DNA of 64,000 nucleotides from Squalus acanthias (taxonomy: Eukaryota). The notes beneath the pieces are model-generated. The model saw nothing but the letters and a program-made list of their open reading frames with translations. It did no database searches and was not told the origin of the DNA. Positions 12,923 to 25,021 of this stretch are shown here, piece after piece (position 1 is the stretch's first letter; every line of letters starts with the position of its first letter). Location: NCBI GenBank assembly GCA_030390025.1, contig CM059433.1, positions 23,686,001 through 23,750,000 on the forward strand, given 5' to 3'. A program made the position numbers and the translations under genes.

Positions 12923-13345
12923 GAGATGCTGCTCATTTTGCATCCAGGTCCTCTCACAGCAAAGGCCAGGCAATCTCTGAGACCAGGCAGTCTCTGGCCT
13001 GCAATGATGACATCATCAGAGGCGACTTTCAGACTGAAACGACTAATTGGTTCATGGGTTCCCACATGCTGGAACTCAATTGCCCAATTAAGTGAAAATT
13101 ACATCAATCTCCCACATCCAATTGCAGGCGGGTGGATAACACGAAATGCGGATGACACGACCCCAACCCGCCCCAGTATCAAAATCCAGCCCGAATCTTA
13201 TCTCAGAAGCCTGTATTTCTGTTTACAGCTTTGTGTCGTTGAGGCTTTTAGATTTTTAACCCCAGTTTGTCATGTTTTAATAAAATCAGAATTCTGTTCA
13301 TAGGATGGTGTATTTTTCTGAATAGGTTTGGCTCATTCCTTTACA
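10467..13345 (-). mobile_element. Putative LTR-type sequence with an internal diverged direct repeat (right boundary uncertain)
   Basis: Begins with TG exactly where the CR1 similarity stops; on the minus strand a TATA box precedes AATAAA and a terminal CA; ~450-bp repeats at 10799-11255 and 11387-11845; no TSD found. Confidence 0.45.
12384..13192. mobile_element. PIF/Harbinger-type MITE
   Basis: Perfect 12-bp TIR GGGCTGGATTTT/AAAATCCAGCCC; TSD not evident; contains a (CT)n tract at about 12860-12922. Confidence 0.7.
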
Positions 13346-13785
13346 GTTAAAGTACCCCAGGCCTCAAGCTTAGGCCTGCAAGTGTGTTTTGTCCCACCCA
13401 CCCCAAACCTGCTGGGGGTTAAAATCAACCCCTTGTTCAACACCTCCAGTAAAATAATATGATTGATATACCATCTGAACCAGTTAAGTGATCGTACACT
13501 AATGTTATATTGAGCAACTTTAATGTTTATGGGGGAAAAATTCAGTTGGTTGCGCCTCCCGTTAGCGCCTTAAGAGGGCGCTAATGGGGCGCAAAGCAAC
13601 TAGCGCCCGGGCGCGCCGCTCGCGAAATTAACTAGACATTTTGTGGTGGCGCTAAACAGTACCGCCATGATCTCCTGCGCCGGCAGATCGTGACGTCAGT
13701 CGAGTGCGCAACGCCCCGGTAGCGCCCTGGAGCGGATATTGAGTAGCGCCCCCTGCCTTACCGCCTGACGCTAGCAACGACAGGT

Positions 13786-15458
13786 TGTAGAATTCGCAAT
13801 ATATCACGATTTTATAAATAAGGAGAAAACACATAGTTTCGTTCAAACAGCTTTATTTCAGCAGAATGCTGTCAGGTTTTCAAAGTGGACACAAGCAGCC
13901 TGTAAAATGGCCGCCACGCCTCGTGGCAGAACATTCTAGACTTTTCGATAAGCAGACAAGATGGCGTTCCAATAAACATTTGTGCGAAATCGATCAAGAC
14001 TCAGTACATTTAAGATAATACACGAGACATCATGGGTTTGCAGTATACACATAAATACTGAAATCGGTCTCCCAGGTGCGAATAAGGGCTATTGTACCAA
14101 GCAATCAAAACCCATCCAAAGACATTAATATGCAAAATCCCCACGACTCTACGATGAGAGAGCTGTTAGCGGGTAGTTACAGAGAACATTTGGAAGCCCC
14201 AAAACCCCTCCAGGGAGAATACTAGCCGGTTACACAATGGGAAAAGTATTAACAGGTACTCAGACAGTTACGAGTATCCCCGAAACCCATTAAAACGGAG
14301 ATCACCCTATACAAGAAATTTGAGCGCCAAACCCTAACAAAAGAAAAGACATTAAGGTTGGGCGGGAAAGGAAGAGTTTTGCACTATAACTGCAAGCTAC
14401 AACCGTCCATCTTTCTCTTATTCTCCTGCCTCTTGCCGCTTGCCTCGTGTCTCTGCCTCTTGCAGCTTGAAAGACTGTTGAACTTTACGATCCGCCAGGA
14501 TCTGCCTCGTGGCTTGCCGCGAAGATCTGTGTGGAACCGGGCTGTGAAGCCTTGAAACGGGCGCACCATCCCGAGAAGTCGGTAAACGGTGTTGGAACCG
14601 AAGGCCCGAGATGAGATGAAATGAGATGAGATGAGATGAGATGAGAAGAGAAGAAGACCATACGTATCGCCACGGTCAGTAAGCTCCGACCGCGCCTGTA
14701 GGTCGTATAGACACTTTTCCTTGCCCAGGAAGACCTTCTTTGAGTTTTACAGAACTGGCATCGGAAGACTCTTCTTTGAGTTTTATCGAACCGGTGTGAG
14801 GGCACAGGAAGACTATTTTTCGAGTCGTGTCGGAACTCCGAGGACAACACAGATCTTCATGAAATCAGACGTTCCAGCCTGCTAGCCGGAGCAGAAACGA
14901 GTAAACAAGTGGGGTACAGAGACCCCTGATCAACACGTGGGTGATCAGGTGCTGCGGTGAAAAACATCCGATCAGAGTTTTCGGAATTCTCCGAGTTATC
15001 ACGAGTGGTGAGCATGAGTCTCGATCCTACAAGTCTAGTTTAGAGCAGGTATTGATAGGGGAGGGTTTAAGTTTTTTAAGGATAATTGTAATGTGTGCCC
15101 CCATTTACGATGTGTCGTTCGTTCCTCATTTCCCTGAAATTAGTTACATAACTGCGTGTAAGATTGTACTGTCATTAATCTGTGCTTATGACATGTATTT
15201 CGTAATCTTGAATAATATGCAATAAAGATTTTCCATTTCGTACCATTCAACCGGGTCTACCTGAGTTTTCTCTCCATTACTGCTCTCGCATCTAAGTCCA
15301 GTGTCAGAACCGTAAGGGCGAGTGGGTCGAACCACTCACAGGTGTCTAGTGCTCCCAGACTGGCTGGAGACCAGAACAGGCAACAAGGCCTAAACTTGCA
15401 CTAGCATCCAGGCTGCACAGAGCCACACGAATCTCACAGGTTCAGAGAAACCCTTACA
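13786..15458 (+). mobile_element. Solo LTR, 1,673 bp (ERV or Gypsy)
   Basis: TGTA...TACA termini, 4-bp TSD AGGT (13782-13785 and 15459-15462), empty site in the paralogue near 46420-46440, AATAAA at 15221; strand tentative. Confidence 0.85.
14609..14645. repeat. (ATGAG)n pentanucleotide repeat inside the solo LTR
   Basis: Directly visible. Confidence 0.85.
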
Positions 15459-16519
15459 AGGTTGAGGGGAGCGTTTTGCAGTAAGTAAGGGACTGGGGGA
15501 GCGCTATTTAAAGGCGACCGCTTCCTGCCTTTTTTTGTTGGCGACATTTTTGAACCACGCATTCTGAGAGAGAGAGAGAGAGAGAGAGACTTCTGGAGAG
15601 ATTCAACACTGTGTGAAGGAGTTTTGGGTACTGAGCAGCACTTTGCAGGTTCATTTTGATTTGCCCTTCCTTGTATCTATTTAGAAGAGACTGTGTGGGC
15701 TGCACTCTGAGCTCTTTCCCTGGACCTCTCCATTGTTCTTTCCAGCAGATTTGATGTACAGGTCTCTCCAGGCCGAGATTCAAGGCTGCAATGAGCAGGA
15801 TGTGGATGGAAAGCAAGATCAACCCTCCCCTTTAAGAACTGGCCGGGGCCATTGTGTCTGTGTTCCATTGCTGACTGACATCACATGAGCTTCGCCAGCG
15901 CTCTGAGTTAGCGCCTCGCTCCTCGGCCTTTGCGCCTTAAGACAGATGTGTAGCACCTGATTTAACGCTCCAATCACCTCCAGGGCTGATAAAAGTCAAG
16001 TTTGCAGTCGGAGGCGATAATTAGCACCAGACACTAATCTTTGCGCCCAGCCGATAATTGCACCCCAAACGGGGCGATACTGAATTTTTCCCCTATATTT
16101 TCTTCTCTTTTGATAAAGGGCTAAAACTTCTATTTTTAGTAGATCTTAATGACTACCCATCAGAAATATGGGTAAGCGTAGTCTTGCTTCAGAGAATAAA
16201 ATGCAATACAAATGCATTAACGGAACATAAAATTGTCAATGATGATACACCCACAAAAATACTGCTATCAGATTTCTTGAGCCACAAATAAGCCATTTAA
16301 CAAGTATAAATAATGAATATTGCATTTATCCAGTTGTGGGTTGCTCTCATTCTCACAGGCGAATGGGATGGCGGACATTATAGAATTTAGGACAGGTAGT
16401 GTTATCCTATCCTGACTCCGTCATTTACACGTGGCTACCATTGGAAAGGCGGGCATTTTTCAGCCCACTTCTTCAGTGATGGGAGTGCTTCATGTTTAAA
16501 ATACTCATTTCACTGACCA

Positions 16520-16712
16520 TGACATGGGGGGTCCTTGTGCTTTGTATCAAGGAGAATTGAGAGGAGTTATTTTTTGTCCTGGCATGGACAGCCCACAAGC
16601 AGGCTTGGCAATACATCACAAAGCATGTGGACTCATGCCCAACTAGTGTAAGGAGCTGAAGGAGATCCTGAAGAAGTTTCATGACTTGATAAAGAGGACC
16701 GAAGTAAGGGAA
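16520..16712 (+). pseudogene. Relic Harbinger Myb/SANT exon 1
   Basis: KQAWQYITKHV...KKFHDLIKRT followed by a gtaagg donor, like 'KKFNDLTRVVR|gtgag' in the intact gene. Confidence 0.45.
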
Positions 16713-17757
16713 GATTATTGTTGTAAATTAACAGTAAAGAACATATATGGAGTTAAAATTAAAAGGCAGTTGTTCCACAGATGGTTTCAAAAATGCTTTA
16801 TTCAGAGAAATGGGTAAATTTACACGTGGCAAACCACCCCATCTTGATATGGAGATGAAAAATATATGTGGCCTTGCAGTTAAGTCTTAGTTATTTTATA
16901 AGTATTTAAAATTCTGGCTCCAAAATTCCTTGGTTGTGCGGAATGGCTTAAGTTGGCAATTACATCTTTGTGGGGCCAAGATTTTCTGTCAGGGCCAATG
17001 TATGCGAAGGTTCTGCTGGAGAATTGCCCTGACATAAATTCCATTCAGTGTCAGGGCAGGCTATAAAAGTCCTCAACCTCACAGTGACAGCCACATGCAA
17101 ATGAAGTTAGGATGTGATGATGTCACCCATCCTAAATCCCATGACTTCCACCTTCCCATCCACTAATAAAAATGGCAATTTACCAGGTTACCATCATCAA
17201 GGCAGAAGTGCTTTGTAAATGGGACACTGCTCAACTGAAAATACTTCTGGAGACTTTTGGCTACATCGCGGTCTTCACTAGTTATTGCGAAACTATTTTC
17301 ACTGTTATACTCAGGTAGCCTTTCCCTATCTTCTGCATTACCCTTGGAAAACAATCTATTTCAACACAATTACTGAGCTTGGATCTAAGGGCTGCACAGT
17401 GGGCTTCCCAATGAGAATCCCTATTTACATGATCTATATGCTGGAGAAAGAGGAGCAACAGGGGGATGTAAGGGAAGCCAGAATAATCAGGCAGCACCAA
17501 ACGACAGCCATACCAATTCCCACCTAGCAGGATCTGTAGAGCAAGAGGACCTAGGTTGTGAGTCTCCAGTGTGTTAGCATGCATCAGGGGATGTGAGACA
17601 CTTCACTTGAGTGCTGCAAAATGACTTTGCTTCTGGGACATGGGGCATGGTGCCATGTGATACCCTAAAGGGTAATTATTGACTATTGTGCTAGGGAATA
17701 CCCATGTGCTTCTCTGGGATTCAGTTATCTGCGCTGTTATTCACCTTAAAACACTCT

Positions 17758-17914
17758 GGCCTAGAAATTTGCCCCGGGCGGTGGCGCAAAACGGGCGGTA
17801 TCAGATCGGCTGCCCTTTGCAGTCAATGGAACTGAACATCAGGCGCTGTGTATAACGGGCGGCCGATCTGATACCACCTGTTTTGCACCACCGACCGAGA
17901 CGAATTTCTAGGCC
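17758..17914. mobile_element. 157-bp fold-back Harbinger-type MITE
   Basis: Perfect TIR GGCCTAGAAATT/AATTTCTAGGCC, TCT TSD, extended imperfect internal inverted repeat. Confidence 0.85.
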
Positions 17915-17917
17915 TCT

Positions 17918-18160
17918 GACTTTTGTTGACCTAGTGAGGTCATCAAACTTCTCCTGACACTGCATGGGGATCATTGCGGTAATGAAAGTCATGCTCACAG
18001 CCACAGCCATCTCCTTTCTCATGGCTCACGCTGCTGTACGTGATGGTCTTTTCCCTGTTTTTCCAACAATGGCATCTCTACATTCTTGAATTTGTTCCAT
18101 CAGCACATCCACATCAGCCTTGGAAAAATTAGAAGCTCGCCGTTTTCCTTCTCCAGTCCT
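17918..18160 (-). pseudogene. Relic Myb/SANT-like (Harbinger) exon
   Basis: RR.SNFSKADVDVLMEQI..CRDAI and QCQEKFDDLTRSTKV. Confidence 0.5.
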
Positions 18161-18689
18161 CTCAGTCCCTCTTCCAAGAACCAGCTCATCCCTTTAACTA
18201 TATGGATCCCTTTAAATAGGGACATGTGCACCCTTGCTCCACGCCTATCTCAGTATTTCAGGCTCTCTGACGTATCTGGCTCCCAGCTTGTGGGAGTTGT
18301 GCCCTTATCCCACCAGCGTCATTTACATTTCTGATGAGGTCAGCCTCTGCCACTTTTGACGGGCCAAAGTTCTGCTCAGCCACACTTATGCCCCCCGAAA
18401 CATGGACCCAGGGATTTCCAGGCTGCTATTCTCACACAGAGAAACAAATTAATTTTGATGTGTCAAATCACCCTGTCTTGATGAGGAAATGAAGGGCATT
18501 TATGAGTACAAATTAAGTTGTAGTTGCTGTGATCACACAGAAATATGAATGAATTCCCATGTCAAATCGTTCCTTCTTAATCCATACTGCTTTTATATTT
18601 CTAGGTAAAACTCGCATATAATGGAACCTTTCCAAAGACTACATGAGAAGAAAGAAGTTAAAAAGTGGTTGGCCAAAAGCAAGTCAACA

Positions 18690-19030
18690 TCAAGATCCAA
18701 AATGCAGTCTGTGGGCAAGTGATGGAGCAGCGTAGACCTTGACTTCCTGTTTGATAGACGGCAAAGTGAAGGTGGTGCTGCATGAAGTGAGTGCAATGAG
18801 GACACTCCAGGGCACCTTTCTCACAAGATGGCAGTGCACCACGCCAGGCAGGCTGTGTACAGTTCCTGCAAGACCCTTGAACAAATGCAGAATGTTGCAT
18901 ACTGTAAGGAAACTGGCAAGGTAAGGCTCCCCAACAGTGCCATGTACCAGATTGTTAGTGCAAGATTGGATGTCATAAAATGTTGCCTTTCAACCTGTCC
19001 CACATTTGGCACTTGCCCATGCCAAGCCCT
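18690..19030 (+). pseudogene. Relic Harbinger transposase fragment
   Basis: Degenerate RTFLTRWQC, LQ..PE.....V..C..L.N-type similarity to 60300-60420. Confidence 0.3.
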
Positions 19031-19967
19031 CACACAACCTCACGAGCCCTTTCATTGTATCTCATGCATACCTATACTTCAGCAAGGCACACATTCAATG
19101 GACAGAAAATCATGGGCAGTGCACTCATGGTTTTCTAATAAGCCACCCACTGCATGTGTAGCCCCATCAGTGGTCTTAGATAATTGATGTGAAACTCATC
19201 TCTGGGTCGAAAAGGATACCAGGTTTTGCGCAGTTTAGTTCAGTCTGAGCAAACAGCCAAGGAAGAGGATGGAGTCACTGGCAAGGGAGCTTTTGGCAAT
19301 AGACAAAATCAAATGCTTTGGTCTTACTGATATTCAGTTGAAGGACCGTCTGGCTCATCCATAATTTAACAAAAAATATGTATACTTCTTCCCTAATGTC
19401 CATTAACACATGTTAGGATGGAAGCAAGACTCAGAGTACTAACTCAAAACTTATTGCATGTGCTGGCAACTTATTCCATTTGGTTGACAGCACTGTGTGA
19501 AGCAAAGTACCTCCTGACATCTAACCTAGTTCAATGCTTTTACATAACATAGAAAAATGTCTAGTGAGAGAGGTGGCACTCGGTGCACTGTCACTTCCCT
19601 CCATAAGGTAGGTGAGACAATATTCTGAGCTTTCATCCCATAGGCACCCAGCAGTCTTTCTCTCCTTTGCTGCATTTCATCCAGGAGTGTCTAAAGGTCC
19701 ATCTCATTAAATTGTTGTGCCTTTCTTTCCCGCCTCCTTCCAATGTCCTGCTCCTTTTCTGAATGCCTCTGCACATTCTTCAGAAGTGCGACAAAATCTC
19801 ACATGAGCCATCTATTACAACTACCCAACAGTTAAAAAGTAGTGTTCCACAAGGATCGTTGCTGGGACAACTGCTGTTCAACATTTACATAAATGATTTG
19901 GACTTGGGAATCGAAAGTATAATTTCAAAATTTGCGGGCGACATCAAATTGGGCAGTATAGTTAATA

Positions 19968-22254
19968 CATAAGAACATAAGAAATAGGAGCAGGAGTAGA
20001 CCAATCGGCCCCTCGAGCCTGCTCCGCCATTCAATGAGATCATGGCTGATCTGATCCAACCTCAACTCTAAAGAACACAAGAAGTAGGAGCAGGACCAGG
20101 CCACTCGGCCCCTGGGCCCGCTCCGCCACCCACAGGGCCTTGACCGATCCGAACTCAAACTCATGTCCAATTTCCAGCCCGCTCCCCATAACCCCTGATT
20201 CCCTTTACTTCTAGGAAACAGTCTATTTCTGTTTTAAATTTATTTAATGAAGTAGCTTCCACAGCTTCCTGGGGTAGCAAATTCCACAGACCCACTACCC
20301 TCTGAGTGAAAAAGTTTCTCCTCATCTCAGTTTTGAAAGAGGAGCCTCTTATTCTAAGATTATGTCCCCTAGTTCTAGTTTCACCCATCATTGGGAACAT
20401 CCTCACCGCGTCCACCCGATCAAGCCCCTTCACAATCTTATATGTTTCAATAAGATCGCCTCTCATTCTTCTGAACTCCAATGAGTAGAGTCCCAATCTA
20501 CTCAACCTCTCCTCGTATGTCCACCCCCTCATCCCCGGAATTAACCGAGTGAACCTTCTTTGTACTGCCTCGAGAGCAAGTATGTCTTTTCTTAAGTATG
20601 GACACCAAAACTGTATGCAGTACTCCAGGTGCGGTCTCACCAATACCCTATACAACTGCAGCAATACCTCCCTGTTTTTATATTCTATCCCCCTCGCAAT
20701 AAAAGCCAACATTCCATTGGCTTTCTTGATCACCTGCTGCACCTGCATACTAACTTTTTGATTTTCTTGCACCAAGACCCCCAGATCCCTTTGTACTGCA
20801 GTACTTTCCAGTTTCTCGCCATTAAGATAATAACTTGCTCTCTGATTTTTCCTGCCAAAGTGCATAACCTCACATTTTCCAATATTGTATTGCATCTGCC
20901 AAATCTCTGCCCAATCACCCAGCCTGTCTATATCCCCTTGTAGGTTTTTTATGTCCTCCTCACTCTCTACTTTCCCTCCATCTTTGTATCATCTGCAAAC
21001 TTTGATATGTTACACTCGGTCCCCTCCTCCAAATCGTTAATATAGATTGTAAAGAGTTGGGGACCCAGCACCGACCCCTGCGGAACACCACTGGCTACTG
21101 GTTGCCAGTCCGAGAATGAACCATTTATCCCAACTCTCTGCTTCCTGTTAGATAACCAATCCTCCACCCATGCCAGAATATTACCCCCAATCCAGTGATT
21201 TTTTATCTTGAGTAATAATCTTTTATGTGGCACCTTGTCGAATGCCTTCTGGAAGTCTAAATACACTACATCCACTGGTTCCCCTTTATCCACCCTGTAC
21301 GTTATGTCCTCAAAGAACTCGAGCAAATTTGTCAGACATGACTTCCCCTTCATAAAGCCATGTTCCGTTACTGTCTCCTTAATAATAGACTCCAAAATTT
21401 TACCCACCACAGATGTTAGGCTAACTGGTCTATAATTTCCAGCCTTCTGCCTACTACCCTTTTAAAATAAGGGTGTTACATTAGCAGTTTTCCAATCTGC
21501 CGGGACCTTTGCTGAGTTCAGGGAGTTTTGGAAAATTATTACCAAAGCATCCACAATTCCTACTGCCACTTCCCTCAAGACCCTAGGATGTAAGCCATCA
21601 GGTCCAGGGGATTTATCCGCCTTGAGTCCCATTATTTTACTGAGTACCAATTCCTTAGTGATTTTAATTGTATTTAGCTCCTCCCCCACTAGAGCCCCCT
21701 GTTTGTCCAGTGTTGGGATATTCTTAGTGTCCTCTACCGTAAAGACTGAAACAAAATATTTGTTCAGCATTTTTGCCATCTCCATGTTTCCCACCATTAA
21801 TTTCCCGGTCTCATCCTCTAAGGGACCTACGTTTGCCTTAACCACCCTTTTTCTTTTTATATAACTATAGAAACTCTTGCTATCTGTTTTTATATTTTTT
21901 GCTAATTTATTTTCATAGTCTATTTTCCCTTTCTTAATCAATCCTTTAGTTACTTTTTGTTGTCTTTTGAAGACTTCCCAATCTTCTATCCTCCCCCTAA
22001 CTTTGGCTACCTTATATGTCCTTGTTTTTAGTTGGATACTTTCTTTAATTTCTTTACTTAGCCATGGATGCCTGCCATTTCTTTTACACCCTTTTTTCCT
22101 CAGTGGAATATATTTATTTTGAAAGTTGTAAAATAACTCCTTGAATGAACACCACTGCTCATGTACCGTCTTACCCTTTAATCTATTTTCCCAGTCCACT
22201 TTAATCAACTCTGCTCTCATGCCATCATAGTCTCCTTTATTCAAGCTCAGTATG
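19968..22254 (-). mobile_element. Younger CR1 LINE, 5'-truncated; ORF2 broken into three long pieces
   Basis: ORFs 21462-22250, 20967-21410 and 20161-20895 ([35 protein letters not shown]); small deletion near 21360; (ttcttatg) tail at 19968. Confidence 0.95.
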
Positions 22255-22458
22255 CTGAGGAAGACTGCGACAAAATGCAAGGAGATGTTAACAAGCTTGC
22301 AGAATGGCCGTGTAAATGGCAAATGAATTCCAATATAGATTAGTGTGAGGTGCTGCATTTTGGTAGGAGGAATTAGGAGGCCCCCTACTCTTTGGAAAAT
22401 AAGAGTCTAAATGGGATTGAGGAGCAAAGGGATCTAGGGGTACAGATTCACAAATCAT

Positions 22459-22925
22459 GTCAGTCGTGGCTCAGTTGTTAGCACCCTCGCCTCTGAGACA
22501 GAAGGTTGTGGGTTCAGAGTCCCACTCCAGAGACTTGAGCACAAAAATCTAGGCTGACACTCCAGTGCAGTACTGAGGGAGTGCCGCACTGTCAGAGGTG
22601 CCGTCTTTCGGATGAGAGGTAAAACCGAGGCCCCATCTGCCCTCTCAGGTGGACGTAAAAGATCCCATGGCACTATTTTGTAGAAGAGCAGGGGAGTTAT
22701 CCCCGGTGTCCTGGCCAATATTTAAACCTCAATCAATATCACTAAAACAGATTATCTGGTCATTATCACATTGCTGTTTGTGGGAGCTTGCTGTGCGCAA
22801 ATTGGCTGCCGCGTTTTCTACATTACAACAGTGACTACTCTTCAAAAAGTACTTCATTGTCTGTAAAGCACTTTGGAACATCCGGTGGTCGTGAAAGGCG
22901 CTATATAAATACAAGTCTTTCTTTT
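22459..22925 (+). mobile_element. Full-length tRNA-derived Deu-domain SINE (SacSINE1/AmnSINE1-like)
   Basis: A-box-like tggctcagttg, B-box-like ggttcagagtcc, Deu core, L2-like tail gcgctatataaatacaagtctttc. Confidence 0.9.
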
Positions 22926-23076
22926 TATTCTTTATTAATAGCAGCAACGCAGGTTAACAAAGCCATAAAAAATGCAAAGCAAGCACTGGGGCTCATTTCT
23001 AGAGGAATAGAATTCAAAAGTAGAGAAATTTGTTAAACTTATATAGAACCTTGATTAGACCACACTTAGAATACTG

Positions 23077-23178
23077 AAATAAAAACAGAAAATGCTGGAG
23101 ATACTCAGCAGGTCAGGCAGCATCTGTGAAGAGAGAAACAGAGTTAACATTTCAGGTCGATGACCTTTTGTCAGAAAT
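23077..23178 (-). mobile_element. Penelope terminal fragment with a CpG-decayed hammerhead motif
   Basis: Minus strand ctgacaa-a-aggtc-atc-gacct-gaaatgtt; 13-bp TSD acttagaatactg (23064-23076 and 23179-23191). Confidence 0.8.
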
Positions 23179-23460
23179 ACTTAGAATACTGCACACAGTT
23201 CTGGTGTCCATATTGCAAAAAGGATAGAGAGGCACTGGAGAAGGTGCAAAAAGATTTACAAGGATGATACCAGAACTAAAAAGGTTGTTACTATCAGGAA
23301 AGACTGAACAAACTGCAGCTCTTTTTTCGAGAAAAGAGAAGGCTGAGAGGTGACCTGATAGATGTCTTTAAAATTATGAAGGGGTTCGATAGGATCGACA
23401 TAAAGAAGACGTTTCCACTTATGGGGTAGCCCAATACCAGGGGCTATAAATATAAGATAG

Positions 23461-23700
23461 TGTGGCGGATCGCCACCTAAACGGGCATTATCCACTTTTC
23501 CGTCCGTGGACAAATATCGAGCACCTTCCCTTTAAGGCACCTTACCTTTAAGGCAGGCGTGGGCGGGGCCTCAGGATTTTTCCAGAGAATTCTGGGAGCA
23601 GTCTGTTCAGCCATTTTGTACCATGCAGTTGTATTAAAAAAGTCTCTTGTTTTCCACACATGGATTCAGCCTTAATTCGTGTTTCGCGGCAGCCTCAACA
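23461..23700 (+). repeat. 5' LTR (240 bp)
   Basis: tgtggcggatcgcc...cctcaaca; 4 substitutions relative to the 3' LTR. Confidence 0.97.
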
Positions 23701-23701
23701 T

Positions 23702-23715
23702 TGGTGACCCCGACG
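23702..23715 (+). promoter_or_regulatory. Primer-binding site, tRNA-Trp
   Basis: TGGTGACCCCGACG is complementary to the 3' end of vertebrate tRNA-Trp. Confidence 0.9.
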
Positions 23716-23740
23716 CTCAGAACGTATTCCGAGCACTGCA

Positions 23741-25021
23741 ATGGCGGACACGAACGCAGTTTCCGTGAAACTGCCGGAGTTTGGGGAAAACCAGCCCGAA
23801 ACCTGGTTTCTCCAAGCTGAATCTCGCTTCCGGCTGCGAAACATCACCACAGATGGGACGAAGTACGACTATCTCGTCACATCACTCGGTAGCGGCACAG
23901 TTTTGAAGGTTTGGACAGCGCTGCAGAACCCACCAGAGGAAGGCAAGTACGCACATCTTAAGACAGCGCTCCTTAAAAAATTTACGGCCTCGGCATGTCA
24001 GCGAAACTGCCACCTTCTCGACCTTCCAGGCCTCGGTGATGCCTCACCGTCAGACCTCCTCTCCCACATGCTCTCCCTCACTGACGAGAGCCCACCCGGA
24101 TCCCTCTTCCACACGCTATTCATCTGCCAGCTCCCTCTCAGCATCCGCCCAGCGATTGTGGCATCCGGCCTCACGAACCTGAAAGCCCTGGCCGATGAGG
24201 CCGACAAGCTGCTGTCCGCTCACTCCAGCCGCGACGTCACTCCGGACCTGGCAGCCAATGCCTGGGCGCGCCCCTCACCTGCCACCACGCGGCCACAAGG
24301 GCCTGCCACCAGGCCCATGGGGCCTTCACGCCCCACTAACCCGGGCCACTGTTACTACCACGCACGGTTCGGCGCCAGGGCACAACGGTGCACACCTCCC
24401 TGCTCTTTCAAGTCCGCCCCCGTACCAGCCCCCGCAATGGCCGTGGGCTCCCTGCTGTTCGTCACAGATGACAAAACCGGCCGCCAGTTCCTGTGCGACA
24501 CTGGGGCTCAGCACAGCATCATCCCGGCCTCCTCCCTCGACATCCAAAAGGGCGAACGAGGACCGCTGCTGGCTGCTGCTAACGGCTCGGAAATCCGGAC
24601 GTATGGCACCCGGACAGTCACCCTCGAACTCGCTGGTCGCCGCTACCAATGGGAGTTCATCACTGCCAAAGTGCTCTCCCCTCTCATCGGCGCTGATTTC
24701 CTGTGCGCCCACGGCCTACTGGTAGACATCCCCCGTCACCGCCTCGTGGACATGAACACCATGTCCCCCATCCTGGGCGCCATGGCCCCCCGTCAACCCA
24801 CCGACATGGCGTCACAGTGCCACTCCCGGGCCGCGGATGACTACTCGGCACTCCTGGCCGAATTCCCGGCCCTTACCAATCCGCCCTTCTCCGCGGAGGC
24901 CGCCAAACACGGGGTGGAACACTTCATCCCCACCACAGGCCCCCCAGTGTACGCCCATGCCCACAGGCTGGACCCGACCAAACTGGAGATCGCGCGGACC
25001 GAGTTTGCCACCATGGAATAG
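23741..25021 (+). CDS. gag: Gag-protease part of the polyprotein, ending at a premature TAG
   Basis: KLPEF..NQPETWF capsid-like N-terminus, C-X2-H-X9-C-X3-C knuckle (CYYHARFGARAQRCTPPC), protease FLCDTGA; RT residues LGIIRRS.SPWASP follow the stop in frame. Confidence 0.85.
   Translation: MADTNAVSVKLPEFGENQPETWFLQAESRFRLRNITTDGTKYDYLVTSLGSGTVLKVWTALQNPPEEGKYAHLKTALLKKFTASACQRNCHLLDLPGLGDASPSDLLSHMLSLTDESPPGSLFHTLFICQLPLSIRPAIVASGLTNLKALADEADKLLSAHSSRDVTPDLAANAWARPSPATTRPQGPATRPMGPSRPTNPGHCYYHARFGARAQRCTPPCSFKSAPVPAPAMAVGSLLFVTDDKTGRQFLCDTGAQHSIIPASSLDIQKGERGPLLAAANGSEIRTYGTRTVTLELAGRRYQWEFITAKVLSPLIGADFLCAHGLLVDIPRHRLVDMNTMSPILGAMAPRQPTDMASQCHSRAADDYSALLAEFPALTNPPFSAEAAKHGVEHFIPTTGPPVYAHAHRLDPTKLEIARTEFATME

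Larger units (their letters stand above)
13531..16093 (+). mobile_element. Non-autonomous Harbinger (~886 bp without its insert), GGGGG-TIR family, carrying a solo LTR
   Basis: TIR GGGGGAAAAATTCAG/CTGAATTTTTCCCC, TAT on both sides; colinear with 45802-46694 and with both ends of 58923-63085. Confidence 0.9.

Noticed and set aside
22459..22530. tRNA genes (also 47638-47710)
   Set aside because: tRNA-derived SINE heads continuous with SINE bodies; no complete cloverleaf
25019..25021. Programmed stop-codon readthrough between gag-pro and RT
   Set aside because: The TAG falls inside the conserved 'M..LGII' start of RT rather than at a gag/pol boundary; most simply a point mutation
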